From NCBI RefSeq assembly GCF_009914755.1, contig NC_060930.1: a DNA stretch of 64,000 nt; one strand, given 5' to 3'. The notes under the pieces were generated by a model. It did not search any database. It was not told the origin of the DNA and saw only the letters and a list, made by a program, of their open reading frames with translations. Within the stretch, counting starts at the first letter, position 1. Each line of letters opens with the position of its first letter. The position numbers were made by a program, and so were the translations under genes. Shown here piece by piece: positions 61,932 through 64,000 of the stretch. This stretch comes from the human T2T-CHM13v2.0 reference genome, Homo sapiens.

Positions 61932-64000
61932 TTTGGTTCTTTCTTCAGTCTTCTCTTAGGGATTACTTAACACTGTTAAAAGAAGTTCAGCAGTCATTGT
62001 TACACTCAGTAACTTAAATATAGAACATAATAAATATGTGTGTTAGTGAGTCTGGAGAGTTGCCACTTTCTATTCACTTACTATCTTACACTACAAGTTG
62101 TCCTTTTAAAAGTCCATTTGCATTGTCTCTCCAAATGGAGGGCAGGGCTCATGGCTTACCCTGTCTTGTGATCCTCAGGGATCCTAGCTTTTTCTTTGCC
62201 TAACCATAGAAGATGCTCGTTAATGATTGAAGTCTACCGTTTGTTTTATCCAGGAGAGATTGTGATACTCACTGTGCTAGATTTAAAATGGCTCTGTTAT
62301 CTCTGAGACTTGGGAAGTCTGTTTTTAATGTATAAGAGAAAAGGTTTTGAGTTGTACAGGATTTTGATTTTTTTTCCCTGTACCATGCAGCTCAGAAGTA
62401 AAATAGTTTAGGTCAAAATAAATTGAACAAGAAGAAAGAAGACCTTGCATTCTAGTGCTAGTCTTAGTAATTTCTAGACATATGGTTTTGGACAAATTAA
62501 TTGACTTCTTTTGAAACTCTGTTTCTTCATCTGTAAAGACTATTTAAATTGAAATATAGTGGTACTATTTACTTAGTGAAGGACAAAGAGATGTTTACAT
62601 ACTGTACTCAAAAGGTCGAACAGATGGGATTATTTTAGATTGAAAGCTCATGTGTGGGAGTCATGCCTTTTGTAAGCCACATAAATTCTCATGGGGTCTG
62701 GTAACTTACTGTGTGCCCAGCAGGAACCCAAAAAGTCTTGTCATGGTGATAAATATGACACCATTTAATAAGGTCACATTTAACACAAGGAGAAACTTGG
62801 GAAAGAAAACAAAACAAAAATCTAGACCTCATCCCTAGGTACTTTGTATGACTTTGGACAGGTCACTTTACCCCTCTGAACTCTTCAATTGATTCATAAA
62901 AAGAACCAAATGCTTAGAAGGGGAGGGCAGGCATATAAATGGAATAGTAGAAAAGATTACTGAGCCCATGAGGTGGGAAGTATAGTACTCTGAAATGTAT
63001 GACACCCTGAAATTGTTGGCCTCCTATATGTATTCTCTTCAAAGGGAGAGACTCCCCAGAAAAATTACTGTTGGACAATACTTGTCAAGACATTTATGGG
63101 AGCTGCTTTGGATACATGGTATGCTTGAATTGAGAAGGAGCTTAAAGATATTTTAGATTAACCTCTTAATTTTACACATGGAAAAAGAAAGTCTCAAGGA
63201 AGTTATACAAATTCTTTAAAATTATATAATGTGTGAGAGAGCTAGCACTAGATTTGCAAGGCTGTGAGCCATTGGGGAATTCAAGTTTGTTTGTTTTGAC
63301 CTATTTTGCTTTTTTTTGAGTTTAAGTGGCAGAAGGTAATCTTATTTTCTTGGTGCCTTACTTTTCAAGAGGCCTTGTCAATGCCCCCTCATTTCTTGTC
63401 TGTAGAAACTAAATAAATCAAAAAAGGAATTAATTTCACAAACATATTATGTGCTAGCCATTCAGTACCCATTGTTGGGCATTGGTAATACAAACTTGCT
63501 ACAAGGCACTTGTTGTCCTTGGATAGATTTTTGTTTTCATTCCTTCACATTGTTAACATTGAGCAATCTGCTTAGTCAGGAAAAGGCAACACATTGTAAA
63601 GGTATGCAGATATAAAAAAGTAGGAGTCCGGTGTATGATTCATTCCTATAGTAGCCTTGGTGTAGCCCAGTCCAAAGGACAATTTCCTCCATTAGACATT
63701 AACTACCATCAATTTCTTCTCTCATGAAATAAACAGATTCTGTCTTGGAAATAGAAATTTTCTCTGCTAATGAGCTTTTTACTACTTGGGAGTCTTCTAT
63801 TTCAATCTGAGACTAAAAGATAGAAGGAGAGGCTTCTCAGGGAGCAGGAAATGGAAATGACAGTAGACCCTAACTCCCTCTCCACCTGTGCATGGATATG
63901 GAAAAGGGCTTTGAAAAAGGCACCACTTATAATAGCACAGTCCAGGGAACTGGGTGTCAAAGTCAATGCCTGTGATGGGAGAGCTGCTCATGCTTCTTAC

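Overview
Primate (human or great-ape-like) genomic DNA, AT-rich and roughly half interspersed repeats: about 17 Alus, two solo LTR12C, THE1/MST/MLT1 MaLR elements, L1, L2, MIR and MER/Tigger DNA-transposon remnants. I found no intact protein-coding gene; the supplied ORFs come mostly from Alu, LTR12C or low-complexity DNA. Two things stand out. (1) The minus strand from about 23.55 kb to the left edge carries a chain of about 25 decayed exons, most with AG/GT splice sites and often phase-compatible. Their translations give, in the expected N-to-C order, the RGS22/RGSL1-type N-terminal motif and several RGS-domain helices, broken by stops and frameshifts. This looks like an unprocessed, probably unitary, pseudogene of a multi-RGS-domain gene that is neither RGS22 nor RGSL1. 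It rests on manual translation and remembered reference sequences and needs a profile search. (2) At 29042-29538 a ~497 bp insertion is stitched from three nearby templates (318 bp inverted, 139 bp direct, 40 bp direct), a template-switching fossil that leaves a 97.5%-identical inverted repeat. Repeat boundaries and subfamily calls were made by eye and are approximate.
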